DNA of 63,723 nt, filler included, from Bigelowiella natans CCMP2755 (lineage: Eukaryota; Protista; Cercozoa): NCBI GenBank assembly GCA_000320545.1. It is 4 parts of 4 records of this genome, joined end to end, with 100 filler letters (N's around TTAATTAATTAA, not from the genome) between each part and the next. Parts side by side here need not be neighbours in the genome. Positions count along the whole stretch, not along the records: positions 30,286 to 57,997 come from ADNK01000919.1; positions 58,098 to 61,960 come from ADNK01001482.1; positions 62,061 to 63,723 come from ADNK01000587.1; 1 more part is not named here. One strand, given 5' to 3'. This document shows, one piece after another, positions 52,096-63,723 of the stretch. Both the position numbers and the translations under genes were made by a program. The notes below the pieces were generated by a model. The model was not told the origin of the DNA. It saw only the letters and a list, made by a program, of their open reading frames with translations, and searched no databases. How positions within the stretch are numbered: the first letter of the stretch is position 1; each line of letters starts with the position of its first letter.

Positions 52096-53822
52096 TTTCT
52101 TAGGCTATATCGCTCTGGAGTATCCTGACTTTATCGATAGTTGAAAGAAGGGCTACATGCATGCAGAGGGCTCCGCTTGTTCTCTACTGCGCCACACATT
52201 AAAAAAGCGAAAAACATAACTCCCTTTGTACTTAGAATTAATAAAAACAAAGCGGGGCCAGGTCGCCGAAGGTAAAGGCATGTCCCCATTAAACAGAGAG
52301 GAAATGACGGTGCTGCAGCTGTGAAAACCTAGTCTTGTTGGTTGAGAAAGATATGCCACAGAGCCGACACCATCCTTGGGATCAGAAGAGGACGCCGTGT
52401 GCCCTGCAAGCGTATTGACTTCTCCAAACTCGATATTACCATCACTCGTACCTCCGTTTACGATCGATATATGTCGAATCCGTTTGTTCATCTGTGTGAT
52501 GATAAAGATGCACGAGGGGATGGAAGGGAGGGGGGAGGCGAGTGTAAATCAGTAACGGGAAATAAACATGCATACTTTTGGATCTCAACAGACGGAATAT
52601 GGGAAACTTGACAAAGTTTTGTTATTATACGTCGTGAGACATCGTTGTGACATCATCCACCATATCGCATCATACCACACCATATGCCTATAACTGGCTG
52701 TGTTAGTCTGTGGCTGCAATAGCAGCTACTACTATAAAGTAATGCTTCAACTGAAGTTTATACGTCTTCTCACTACAGTGTCTGCCACGTAGAGTCCCTC
52801 CTTGCAGCCTTGATAGGTGAACGGCGGCACACAAGCTGCAGTATCTTCGGGCTGGAAATACCACACATAAAAGACTTATTGATTGAGGGAGGGGGGAGGG
52901 GGGAAGGGGAGGGTTTGAATATATTGTAAATCCACAGATATTCGAAATCCAAAACTCGAAATTGTAGTCCAATGTTTGAATAACTGATACCATATGAAAT
53001 CGGGCGATTGAGAGACTACCGTCCCGGTGTCCAAATTCACCATGCCCAACTGGGGCAATTGTAGTCACAATTGAAGTACTGAAATCGATGGATCGAATAC
53101 TGTGGTAATCCTGAAAGTTGATGCACAAAATTAGTCAATTTTTTTGCGAATAAAGAGTAGCAATCATCGTTTGGTTCTATCTTCTCCGTATCTGATCTTC
53201 TTAAATGCCATTTAAATTAGAGTGGGCATATACACGCACCTTGTCAGCCCAAAATGCCCATCGCCAGTGAAAATCCAAGCTATTAATCTGCCCGAAGGTT
53301 GCCTCTGCTGCATGTCCATCTTTCTTTCCACCCTGATGGACTAGGCTCCCAGCAACAAATACTTTCTCACCGGTTTCGACTTTGTATTTGTAAATTCTAG
53401 GCCGTCCAGAACTTTGCGACTGTGAGGGGAGAAAGAGGGAGCATCAGAGCATAAATAAGCAATGCAATTCCAACAAGTACTACGGTTCCAAACGATCAAA
53501 ATAAATTCGTACAATACGGTACCTGGACAACGCACAGCAGCGTAGTATTCTCCCACCTTCCCGAGAAATGACTCACACTTGTAACATCTCCATCAAAACT
53601 ACCACAAAAATATCGTAAATTAGGTGATGTGCTTTGGCCTCATTGTGTTGTCTCTTAGTGTGAAAACGATGGAAGCCACAATTTTACAATTTACCTGGCT
53701 GCAATAGAAACGTTGGTGTTAATGTGGTCAAGAGGTATCTTGACCCCTATTCTCTTTGCAGTCCCAAGTACAGAAAAGTCAAGGCTTGTGATGCAAAGCA
53801 CCAGGAGAAACCAGGGCTGCAT
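40950..53822 (-). CDS. Giant polycystin-1/REJ-like receptor: signal peptide, NHL repeats, RCC1-like repeats, PT mucin stalk, REJ, GPS, several TM helices, PDZ-like domain
   Basis: Signal MQPWFLLVLCITSL. NHL-like HRIRKLDL...VTTLVG and DGVGSVAYLSQP. VTWG...YGGD repeats (47303-49800). REJ YTFRWSC...YTFKVQV...NVPPSMGACVSEPSSG...TIFRLVCRDWTDADLPLSYKF. GPS CLFWD...W...CESSHLTAF. HPWISV...RKRLLVL. PDZ-like GIQIGWKMTHING. Confidence 0.85.
46540..47155 (-). repeat. Ser/Thr/Pro mucin-like coding repeats, including three near-perfect 69-bp copies (~46643-46848)
   Basis: SSSPSLTPQTMMPTSASPKTGAP x3 amid TxxP repeats. Confidence 0.9.
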
Positions 53823-54651
53823 GGTCTGTGACCTTATGGCGCTCCTAACTCTCGGGCTGTGGAGCGGGCTGGAAAGCGATTGGTGTGGGGCGAAGTGGTC
53901 TCATCAATGCCTCATTACATGCATCATGCCTGCATTCTTAAGTAATGTCGTCTTGAACATGGATGTAACGCCATGCACAGTTTAGTGAGACGACATGAAC
54001 CGTCCTTTTTCTGATTGTATTACGTTAAATTGGATGTCGTTAATAAATAATCAACTGGGATTTTCCTACGAGGGAATCTAAAAAGATCAGCTCTCGTTCG
54101 TAGAGACGCAATCTGTCCAATTCCTTGTCGTACCCCGACAATGAGAACCAAAAACCAGAAGGTTGGGAGCCCAGGGTAGCAGAGCCAAATATATGATGTT
54201 TCATAGGCGCGACATAAAAAATATTTTATTTTACAAGAATTTCTCGACAGTTAAAGTCAAAGTTGACACCGGCGAACACACAGAGGTAGGCAAAGTTCAC
54301 CCCTACGACGGAACAAGGCGGAGGACCGTTGCAAGCAATCTCGGAGGTAGGTGTTGGATTATTTAAGTCTCGTCACGTCCTTAAATCGAGGATGTGCATT
54401 GCCGATGAGTAATTTATTCAAGCCTACGACACCGCATCGATTTTGTGCTGAGATTCGGAATGCACAATGGCGAGCATGTGCTTTCTTCCGCATGAGAGTC
54501 CTGATTGAATTGGTACTGGTTTTAAATAAAAGAGAACCCCCTTTTTACAAAGGTTCCATTTGCACATTCCACATCCACGGAAATGTTCAAAATGCACCTT
54601 ACTGTCACCTGCTTTGTTCTGAGAGATGTGATTCCTAAATTGGCAGTGATC

Positions 54652-56000
54652 ATGAGGGTGCCGGAAACAGCAGCAGCAGCAGAAGCAGCAGCAGCAAACC
54701 CTAGGACCAACTCCATTCGAAAAACTTGGAGGGCAACGTCGCGTGGGAAGATCACCAAGCACACCTACGCCATCACAATCGATGCACGCACGATGTTTGC
54801 AGCCTTCGTGAAGAAAAAGGGCACAGGGAAGCAATTCTCGATCTTGAGATGTATGATATTAACTCGGTGGTCACGGTGGTGGGGTGAAGGTGGTGGTGGT
54901 GATGGTGGCGTGTTTGTGTGTGTATTTTGCGATTTTATAATTACCAGCGTCGGTCACCGAACAATATCAGTACGTACAAGCCACCCAATTCTTTCACTGC
55001 CCCCCCCACCCAGGCAAAATGCTGCAAACTTCCAAGACGGAGCAAAAAGAATTGTCGATCAAGTTCGAAGCGGATGGGAAATCTCCTTCGTGGAAGAAGG
55101 TTTTCCACATGCGTGGATGTCCTCTATGACTGAATGCCCTCTGCGTTTTCTGTACGTTCTGTGAATTTCTCGCCTCTCCTCCCGTGCTGAGAGGATACTC
55201 CTCATTCGTTGGATTTAGGTGCTTGTCTTCGACTCAAAACGTGATAGAGGTATGCATGGTAGTTTTCCTGGATGATCATGATGGTGATATGACGACGAAT
55301 TGTCACGACGGTGGTAATGTTGAGGTTACGCAGCGGCTGAGAGAGAGATAGAGAGAGAAAGAGATTTGAAGGATGATGAGGTTATAACCTTTTGATTTTG
55401 CCAATAATAGCCATCTATCGATCAGATGATTTTGCGGAAGTCTTCCGGTTGATTATGATGGCAGGGGAGAAGGTCGTTATGTTGCGGTGAATGAGAAAAC
55501 ACAACCACGTGCAAAATGAAGATATTATCTTTGTCTCCGCGAATATATAGTTCACACTGGAGTAAATATGATATTTGTACGCTCACAAATTACGAAACGC
55601 AACATGCATTTGCTTCTGTATACCCCCATGCAAGCTCTCGAGGTCTCGTCTAACTGTTGTTGAAACCATCGTGTGGCTCCTGTTCGTATTGTGTACAATC
55701 TCATCAGGCAATATACGCTTACGACGCTCTCTCTGGTCGGTTCCAAAAAGAAAGAATCGCTTTCATATATGCGCACTCTTACTCTCTTCCGCTGATAGTG
55801 ATAGTGATAGTGATAGTGTGTGTGCGCGCGCGCGCGCGAATGTTTGCATCCATTCGTTATGCAAGTAAAGTGGTGATAGTTCTCCTCTTTCTGTGGTCTC
55901 GCATATGCAGGAGGGCTCAAACAACAACTAACAAGGAGTGAAAAGGTTTTATCCCCCCCCCCCTCCCCTTCTAGATCGACATCCTCTTCTTACACACAAT
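54652..56000 (+). CDS. Probable multi-exon gene, unknown product
   Basis: Exon-like MRVPETAAAA...GKQFSILR, QNAANFQDGAKRIVDQVRSGWEISFVEEGFPH, DDFAEVFRLIMMAGEK and AIYAYDALSGRFQKERIAF with plausible GT-AG boundaries. Confidence 0.45.
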
Positions 56001-56249
56001 GCACCCATACAAACGCGAACTTCATTGCAGCTAAGGGCGGGCTTGAGCACCACCACCAACCATATTGCCCCCCTCCCCCTCCCCTGATCATTCTTCTTCT
56101 CCTTTCCTTTTCCTTGCTTGGGTATCATATTGCCTTGGCTATTGACATAACTTGGGGTTTGGCGGGAATACATATTATATGCCTTATATATATATATATA
56201 TATATATATATGATATTCTTGATATGGAATGAAAACCATCTATTCGCCT

Positions 56250-57228
56250 TTCGGCGTGCTAGAAAAGTCCGATAGCACCTTCGTCAACTTGTGCGAGCTG
56301 CTGCCCACATGATGACGATGGTAGTGGGGAAGAGTCTGAGTGCTCCACCCCTTGCAGCAGCTCGCAGACCGACTCGGATGGTGGTGGTCTTGAGAGCATT
56401 TTTTATCATGGCGATGACGACTACTTCCCCCCTACCATCTCGCCTGTATGCCTTCGAGAGGAAGGAACCAATTTCGGGAGGGGGGAGGAGGGGGATGGCA
56501 AGCCTTCCTTTTCGGCTTTTTTTTTTTTTTACAGATTGTTTTTTCTCTTTTTTGCTTATCAACGTCTTGCTCTTCCTCCCCCTCCTCCTCCTCCTCCTCG
56601 TCGGCAACTTCTCAGGCGAATTCGAAGGTGGTGTAGCGATGCTGAGCTCGCATTATGTGTGCGCGTGTGCGTGCGTGTGTGTGCGTGTGCGTGTGTGTGT
56701 TCGGTTTGTTTATTTTATTTGGAAATACTGCTATCATATTTGCTGATATATTCCCAACTTAAGAGGAAGTAGCAGCAGTAGTTGCAGCAGTAGGCGTTGG
56801 TTACTTGTTGGTTATCAGCCGCCTACTAATGTATGATTAAATCCCTCCTCCTCCTCCTCCTCCTCCTCCTCCTCCTCCTCCTCAGCCCCCCCCTCTTCAG
56901 AAACAGCAGCTGCCTGACTTCTTCACGTTTTTGAGAAGCTTTTGCTCTGCATTGAAGAGGTGATGATGATGCTAATCATAATGACGACGATGATGATGAT
57001 GATGATGATGCTAATGTGAGTTGGATGGGTGAGGGCACATTACGATCAGCATTTTTGGCAAAGAATTGAGCATATAAGCCGCTGTACAATCGCAACGAAC
57101 ATAAAATTCTCATGCGTCGTCGTATAGACAACTACATCTCATCGATTCATCTTTTCAGCGACAAATAGCGATATCCATTCGATGAATGGCAGAAATTGTG
57201 GTGGTGGTATATTCTCCTCCACGCTCAA

Positions 57229-57292
<64 letters not shown>

Positions 57293-57800
57293 CCACTCTC
57301 TCCCTCTCACCTTCCCAACCCCTCCCCCTAAAAAACACATGTCCAGCCGACAGACTCGAAGGAGCCAAGTCTCCGCTGGGATGCCAGGTGTGTGCTCCAA
57401 GTCGTTGCAGTGAGAGAATATGTGACGTGATCTAGGCGGGCCGAGTGCATCTTGAGATAGCACTTCAGCGTATTAGTTTTTAGATTATCTCCGTAATAGA
57501 AAAGAAAGGGAAGGGGGGGTGATGGGTGGGGAAAGTAAGGCTGCGTGGTATCGTCAATAGAGATCATGCTACACTGGCACACGCGTGTTGGTGGTAAGAT
57601 GAAGCACATACACGTCGCATACGTATGCGTGCTGTCGGAAGATGTGTGGGGTGCGGTCCTGAGAGGCAGCAGCAGCAGCAGCAGCAGCAGTAGCACCGCC
57701 AGCAGCATAAAGTCGGTGCTAACTACGCTCTTTGTACACGCTGCTGACATCATATAGTCGAGCAGCTGCTCCTCTTGGCGGACTCTAAACCTAGTGATAG
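56250..57800 (-). CDS. Possible 3' exons of a gene cut by the gap
   Basis: Short exon-like segments (QEEQLLDYMMSAACTKSVVSTDF, CNDLEHTPGIPAETWLLRVCR) among microsatellites. Confidence 0.3.
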
Positions 57801-57838
57801 TATTGGAGGTGAGTGCAGTCAACCCTGCCGCTCTCTAA

Positions 57839-57897
<59 letters not shown>

Positions 57898-57997
57898 CAC
57901 TAGTGTAGTGAACCATTGGCTGATTGTTATGTATTACTGTCGTCGTCGTTACGGTGGTTTGCTGCTACTGCTTGCTGGTGGTGGGGGGGGGTCGTCA

Positions 57998-58097
57998 NNN
58001 NNNNNNNNNNNNNNNNNNNNNNNNNNNNNNNNNNNNNNNNNTTAATTAATTAANNNNNNNNNNNNNNNNNNNNNNNNNNNNNNNNNNNNNNNNNNNN
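57998..58097. other. Assembly gap with linker
   Basis: N runs plus TTAATTAATTAA. Confidence 0.97.
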
Positions 58098-58586
58098 GGT
58101 GTGCCGGTGGCGGGACTCTCCCAGAGAGACCCCATTAAAATATGCGTCCCCCCCCCCCCCAAGAATTGGGGGGTTCCAAACCTATTCGGCGAGAGACCAT
58201 TAGAAAAGCGCCATATTATATTTTCCCCCCCCCCCCCCCCCTTCCCCCCCCCCCTTCCGCTATTTCACATGGCAACCGTTTTCCCCCCCGTTATGTGGGG
58301 GAGGAAGGATTCATGTACATAGAGTTTCTAATGGAAATGTCCTTTTTAAAAAAAGGCTGCCTTTGATTCTCCAGAGTCTCATATCGGAGTCGCCAAAAGG
58401 TAACAACATCATCACGACCCACCCCCCAACTTACCCGTCCACCACTGTCCGCTTTAGCCGGTTCTCTAGTGCATATATTGAGAGAATGATTCGTCTCCTG
58501 ATATTCCGTTCTGCTTTGTTTGTGTGTGTGTGTGTGTGTGCGTGGGTGGGGGGGTGGGGGGGTGGGGGGGAGGAAGATTGAATAAG

Positions 58587-59022
58587 GAGCTTCCCAATTC
58601 GCATATTCTGGACCAGTATGCCAATCCTTCTAATCCCATGGGTAGAAGTAGTAGCAAATGACAATACATAGCCGTGGGTAGCAGCAGTAATAGATATAAC
58701 AAAACCAATAATGACGATGAAACCCGCAGTGGCCGCAGCAGCAGCATTGTGGTAGCACTGCTTCGGTGGCGATGTAGACAGAGTCATCACTGCCATTCGC
58801 ACAATACAAAACACGTTTTCATTGGCCAAACGATCTGTATGGCTCATTTTCATGGGATACCAACCTCCCTCCCCCCCTCCTCCTATCCCTATAGCACACT
58901 ACCTCAACACGGCGGAAGAGCTCCTCGAGCAAACGGATAGAAAGATCGACTACGTCATCATGAGCGCTGGAACGGGAGGTACAAGGCCAAAGAACATTGT
59001 GGAAAATCGGCGCAACATGAGC

Positions 59023-59098
<76 letters not shown>

Positions 59099-59172
59099 CA
59101 TATTAACACGAAAACTATCAGGGACGATCACAGGCATTGCGCGGAGACTCAAGGAAACCATTCCCGGCATCA

Positions 59173-59207
<35 letters not shown>

Positions 59208-59691
59208 ACTGCAGTAGCAGTAGTAATTAGCCGTAGTAGCAGTAGCGAAGGAAGAGGGGGAAAGAGCTTGTGCTTGCACGCACATTGTGTACCTTGCGTC
59301 TGCATGTGCGTGTGCGGTATGGCTAGTCAGCACATACAAAGGATTTTCACGTCTCTCCACTGCTTCGTGGCGATTATGGCAATGAGCGAGGGGAGCATAC
59401 CGAGCGTTGGCCGGAGAACGCTGACTGCAGCAGCTGCTATCGAGCTCCTGCTAAAGCCGCCTATTCTTCTTTACATTACCAGGTTATTGGCGTCGATCCG
59501 AAGGGGTCAATACTGGCGCAGCCGGCCTCTCTGAACGGCCCCGTTTCAAGCTATAAGGTGTGTGGTTGGTATGTGTGTTGGTTGCATTGACGGGTTTTGA
59601 TAGCTACAAGGCTCAATGGTTTAATGTTTAATGGAAGCGCGTGGCGTGGTGGTGTTCTCGTTCACGATGTGTTCATAAATATTGTATATTA

Positions 59692-59736
<45 letters not shown>

Positions 59737-60034
59737 TTGATAAGTGTTTGTTATCGGTGTGTTTTGGGCTGTAGGTGGAAGGCATTGGCTATGACTTTAT
59801 CCCACGTGTTCTAGACCGATCACGTGCGTATTCAATAAGTCGATGATGATGATGATGATGATAAAATAATGATGATGACGGCTGCTGCTGCTCGCAGCTA
59901 TTCCTTGTTGTTGTCATCTGCTCTGTATTTCTGCTTAGCGGACGTTCCAGCGAAATGCATTTTTCCAGTATATATTTCGGGCATTTAGCAGTGTTGTTTC
60001 TCTCTTGACCCCTGTTTACGTGTGTTTGTGTATT

Positions 60035-60069
<35 letters not shown>

Positions 60070-60415
60070 CACGTAGTCGTTGACGAGTGGGTCAAGACGG
60101 AAGATAAGGAATCTTTCATCATGGTGATAGTAGCAGCAGCAGTAGCAGATAGTAAAAGAAGAAGAAGAAGAAGAAGAAGAAGAAGAAGCAAAAGAAGAAG
60201 AAGAAGCAAAAGAAGAACAAGAAGAAAAAGAAGAAGAAGAAGAAGAAAAAGAAGAAGAAGAAGAAAAAGAAGAAGAAGAAGAAAAAGAAGAAGAAGAAAA
60301 AAAAGAGACGAAGCCGAGTAGAAAGGAAAATAGCCTCTCCCCACGACGTTACTGCTGAACTATATTCATTACCCGACACACACTGCGAAAGGACGTTATT
60401 TGATTGATGTGCTTT

Positions 60416-60500
<85 letters not shown>

Positions 60501-60876
60501 CGTCAAAAGGCGCGACGATTAATCAAGGAGGAAGGGCTTTTGGCTGGAGGATCTGCTGGGGTCTATATTACACGAAATCACGCATGATTACAAATCAGCA
60601 TACCATATATAAATGATACTATATCAACATCCGCGCGCGCACGTCTGTGTGTGTGTTTGTATTTGTGCGCGCGCGCGCGCATACTATTCTACCATATCAC
60701 ACATCGTACATTTGCAAACCGCACAGGCAACGATGGCTGCTGCGGTACGATTCTGCAAGGAGAAGAAGCTTGGGCCAGGCACACGAGTGGTAAGTAGTGA
60801 GAAAGCATCGCCAACTAACCAAACACCACTCGGTGTTTTCAACGATACAAATTAAAAATTAAAAACGTGCATATCA

Positions 60877-60917
<41 letters not shown>

Positions 60918-60993
60918 TTGAGATTCTATTGACTAACTATTCTCTATCTACTTATTTCATCGATCGAACTATGATGCTAAGTATGCATATTCT

Positions 60994-61036
<43 letters not shown>

Positions 61037-61767
61037 CTCATTGGCTTCCTGCCGGCTGGGTTCTCTTCCTCCCCTCTTCCTCGTCTTTGCATGTAACACC
61101 GCTACTTTCCAAAGGTCGTCCTGTTGGCAGATTCTGTGCGAAACTACATGACCAAACATCTCAATGAAGACTGGATGAAGGTTCTTCTTTGGGAGAAGAA
61201 ATAATATCTGCCTATCCCTCTCTCTCGCTCTAGCTCTCTCTCTCTCTCTCCCTCCCTTTCTCTCTCTCTCTGTATATATAATATATACATATTTATCAAG
61301 TAAATATATTAAGTAATGTTGGGGAAATATATATATTATTTATATGTATGTATTAATTTTTATATATAGGACAACGACTTCCTCGCTTGCTCGCCTATCC
61401 AAATCGGCATGAACGGCACTGAGTGGTGGAGGAAGCACAAGATCGCTGATTTGAGGTATTGGCTGAAAAAAGAGGGGCCGGGGGCGGGGTGTATCTTCTC
61501 CTTTGGAAGCTGCCATCTTCACATGACCGCATTTGTGCATCTACTTGGTGGTGGCTATTCTCATCTTACACACACTCACACTCCCCCCCCCCCCCCCCCT
61601 CCCTTAATCCTTCTAATCATTTTCCATCTCCACCCAGGCTGACAATGCCGATGTGCGTTGAACCGAGCGTGACGTGTGAGGACGCACTCAAGATCTTAAA
61701 GGCAAGTGTTCAAAGCCTGTGCATCTGACTGCTGTGCTGATGCCGTTGCCGATGCCGTTTGGACTCT

Positions 61768-61805
<38 letters not shown>

Positions 61806-61945
61806 GGCGTGGGCTCGGGTCCTTCTTTACTTTTTTCTTTGAAACACCAACAACCATAATAGGATCATTGGCTTCGATCAATGGCGGTTTGTACACAGCA
61901 ACCACCAGGTGGAGGGAATGGTCACAATCGGAACTTTTTAGACTT
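58587..61945 (+). CDS. CBS: Cystathionine beta-synthase, partial (at least 12 small exons)
   Basis: Spliced: ELPNSHILDQYANPSNPM|AHYLNTAEELLEQTDRKIDYVIMSAGTGG|TITGIARRLKETIPGIK|VIGVDPKGSILAQP...SYK|VEGIGYDFIPRVLDRS|LVDEWVKTEDKESFIM|ARRLIKEEGLLAGGSAG|ATMAAA...|VVLLADSVRNYMTKHLNEDWMK|...WW...|CBS domain (...GFDQ...VEGMVTIG). Splice phases are consistent. Confidence 0.96.
60156..60305 (+). repeat. Intronic (GAA)n purine tract
   Basis: ~150 bp of nearly pure GAA/AAA repeats inside a CBS intron. Confidence 0.9.
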
Positions 61946-61960
61946 TCCCCCCCCCCCTAT

Positions 61961-62060
61961 NNNNNNNNNNNNNNNNNNNNNNNNNNNNNNNNNNNNNNNN
62001 NNNNTTAATTAATTAANNNNNNNNNNNNNNNNNNNNNNNNNNNNNNNNNNNNNNNNNNNN
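61961..62060. other. Assembly gap with linker
   Basis: N runs plus TTAATTAATTAA. Confidence 0.97.
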
Positions 62061-62520
62061 TCTTCAATAATCTCTTCTCCTCTCATTGTCACCATGCCAC
62101 ATCGCCGTTTTCGGCATCGATACACATCTCCGCATCTTTCATATCGCACTGTTACCGCCTCCCCCCCTCTCTCTCTGTCTCTCTCTCTCACTCATCTCTC
62201 TTCTTTCTCCTCCTCAATCGGCTGGTTTTGTGTCGCTGAACGGACAGCGGTAATGTGCCTCTTCCCCCCCTCCCCCACCCGTCCTCCTTTCCCCCAATTA
62301 CTTCAAAGCCTTCGTCGTAGACCATCGTGAAAGTGCCAGCACTAGTTCCCCCATAGCAACCACCGTGCATGAGGAGCGCCGAGAGAAATAGAGGGGAGAG
62401 ACAGAGAGAGGGGGGGGGAGGCGGAAACAGTCAAATATGAAAAATGCGGAAGATGTGTATCGATGAAGATAACAGCGATGTGGCATGGTGACTAATGATG
62501 AGGAAAGAGATTATTGAAGA
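62061..62520. repeat. Imperfect ~130-bp inverted repeat (fold-back) at a contig edge
   Basis: tcttcaataatctc...gtcaccatgccacatcgc...catcgatacacatc is mirrored by gatgtgtatcgatg...gcgatgtggcatggtgac...gagattattgaaga. Confidence 0.8.
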
Positions 62521-63723
62521 AATTCCGCGACAACAGTGCCGCTCGGCGTTCTCGTAGAGTTAGTTAATCGATGATTCATCGAGATTCTCATCCTACTCCC
62601 TCTTCCTTCGCCGAGGAATGTATGGGCAAGAGGAGTAATGCCTCATGCGAGAGGGGGGGAGACACTACCTCTCAGAAATCTGCACGCTTTGACTCTTCAC
62701 ACCTACAAGAAAATGCAATGCGTGTGAATGGCAGTGATGGCGCTGGCAAGTTTCTATTCAAGAAATCAACAAACCGGCGCTCGTTTGGTTCGCCCGTCTG
62801 CTTGCAGAATGGAATCGCGAGGGGTTGATGTTGTCATTGTTGTTGTCTCCATCTTCATCATCAAAGGCCTTTTGCAGCATAGCTTTCTCCGATCGGGATT
62901 CTTCCTCGAAACGAGCTGAACCTAGTACAGAGGGCTGCTGATCGCATCCCGACACGCATTTCACTAGGTTTGGAGCCTAGTTTTGGGGGCGGAGGAGACG
63001 GCACAATGAGGACGATGAGACGATGAAGAATAAAGGCCCGAGAAGAGGAAAGAAGGTATGGATGGAATCGTTCGTGAAGAGCATTGGGAAAGTTTGGCGA
63101 CATTCAAACATCAAGATGAGAATAAGAAAATAATCAAAGCGGGTCTCAGCTGTGAAAGCAGGTAGGGGAAGTGGCTGGGGGGGGGGGGGCATCTGTGACA
63201 AACAGCAAATACCGATAACTCCCGCGTGATTTTCTGGGCGGATTCAAATTCATAAGCCTGAGTGGGTTTGTTATTTGGCGTTTTTCAAAAGTCGTCATCA
63301 TTACGCGGGCGCTTTCATTTTCATTGCCGCCCCCCAAACCGCTTTTTTTTTGAACAGTCTTTGTCTGTTCTTTTTGGGGGGGGTGTAAAAAAGGGGGGCT
63401 TGGGGAAAATGGGAGCTTCCCCCCCCTGAGGGGGGCTTTTTTTAGGGGGTTTTTTGGGGGGGGGGGGGGGGGTTGGATATCGCTTTGGCCCCCCCGGGGG
63501 GGGGGGGGGGGGGGGGCCAATTTTTTCTGGGGGCTTAATCCCGGGAAAACTGGAGCTTTTTATCTAACTGGGGGGGGCGGGGGGGGGGCGGGTTTTTTCA
63601 CGAGGGTGAGGTGTTGGTCCTCTCCCCCCCCCCCTCCTTCCGGGAATTCTTTGGGTGGGCTCGCAAATTCTATTACCCCCCCCCATCAAAAAAGGTTGTG
63701 GTGAGTATGTGGGAAAAACCACT

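Noticed and set aside
60022-60379. Protamine-like Arg-rich and poly-Leu/Phe ORFs
   Set aside because: They are translations of a (GAA)n tract within a CBS intron.
62061-62520. Fold-back as a MITE or miRNA precursor
   Set aside because: The left arm starts exactly at a contig edge and identity decays after a microsatellite in low-quality sequence. It is more likely misjoined opposite reads, which raw reads could confirm.
63150-63723. G/C homopolymer-rich tail (also 58098-58420) as G-quadruplex clusters or Pro-rich ORFs
   Set aside because: The pattern is typical of degraded read ends after homopolymers.

Overview
Gene-dense nuclear DNA from an intron-rich protist. The style suggests a rhizarian such as a chlorarachniophyte, but this is inference only. 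The window is a draft assembly with three N gaps carrying a TTAATTAATTAA linker and low-quality contig ends. Recognisable genes: SUMO; a PDZ-SAM-MyTH4-FERM protein; an AhpD-like protein with an in-frame TGA in a CxxU motif plus a SECIS-like hairpin (candidate selenoprotein); a DUF218/YdcF-like gene; an EF-hand protein; a UFD1-like gene; a very large NHL/RCC1-like/mucin/REJ/GPS polycystin-1-like receptor; cystathionine beta-synthase; and the 5' LTR, PBS and gag of a Ty3/gypsy-like element. The most unusual signal is a set of intergenic islands (about 7.8-12.2, 18.7-20.0, 34.8-35.9 and 39.8-40.6 kb, and partially 28.1-28.6 kb). In these islands TpA is almost eliminated except in CTAG, while TG/CA/CATG/TGCA are abundant and CpG is retained. 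A pseudogene inside the first island gives the direction (Tyr to Cys/His, stop to Gln). This implies a targeted A-to-G (TAH to TGH) hypermutation process, the mirror image of fungal RIP.
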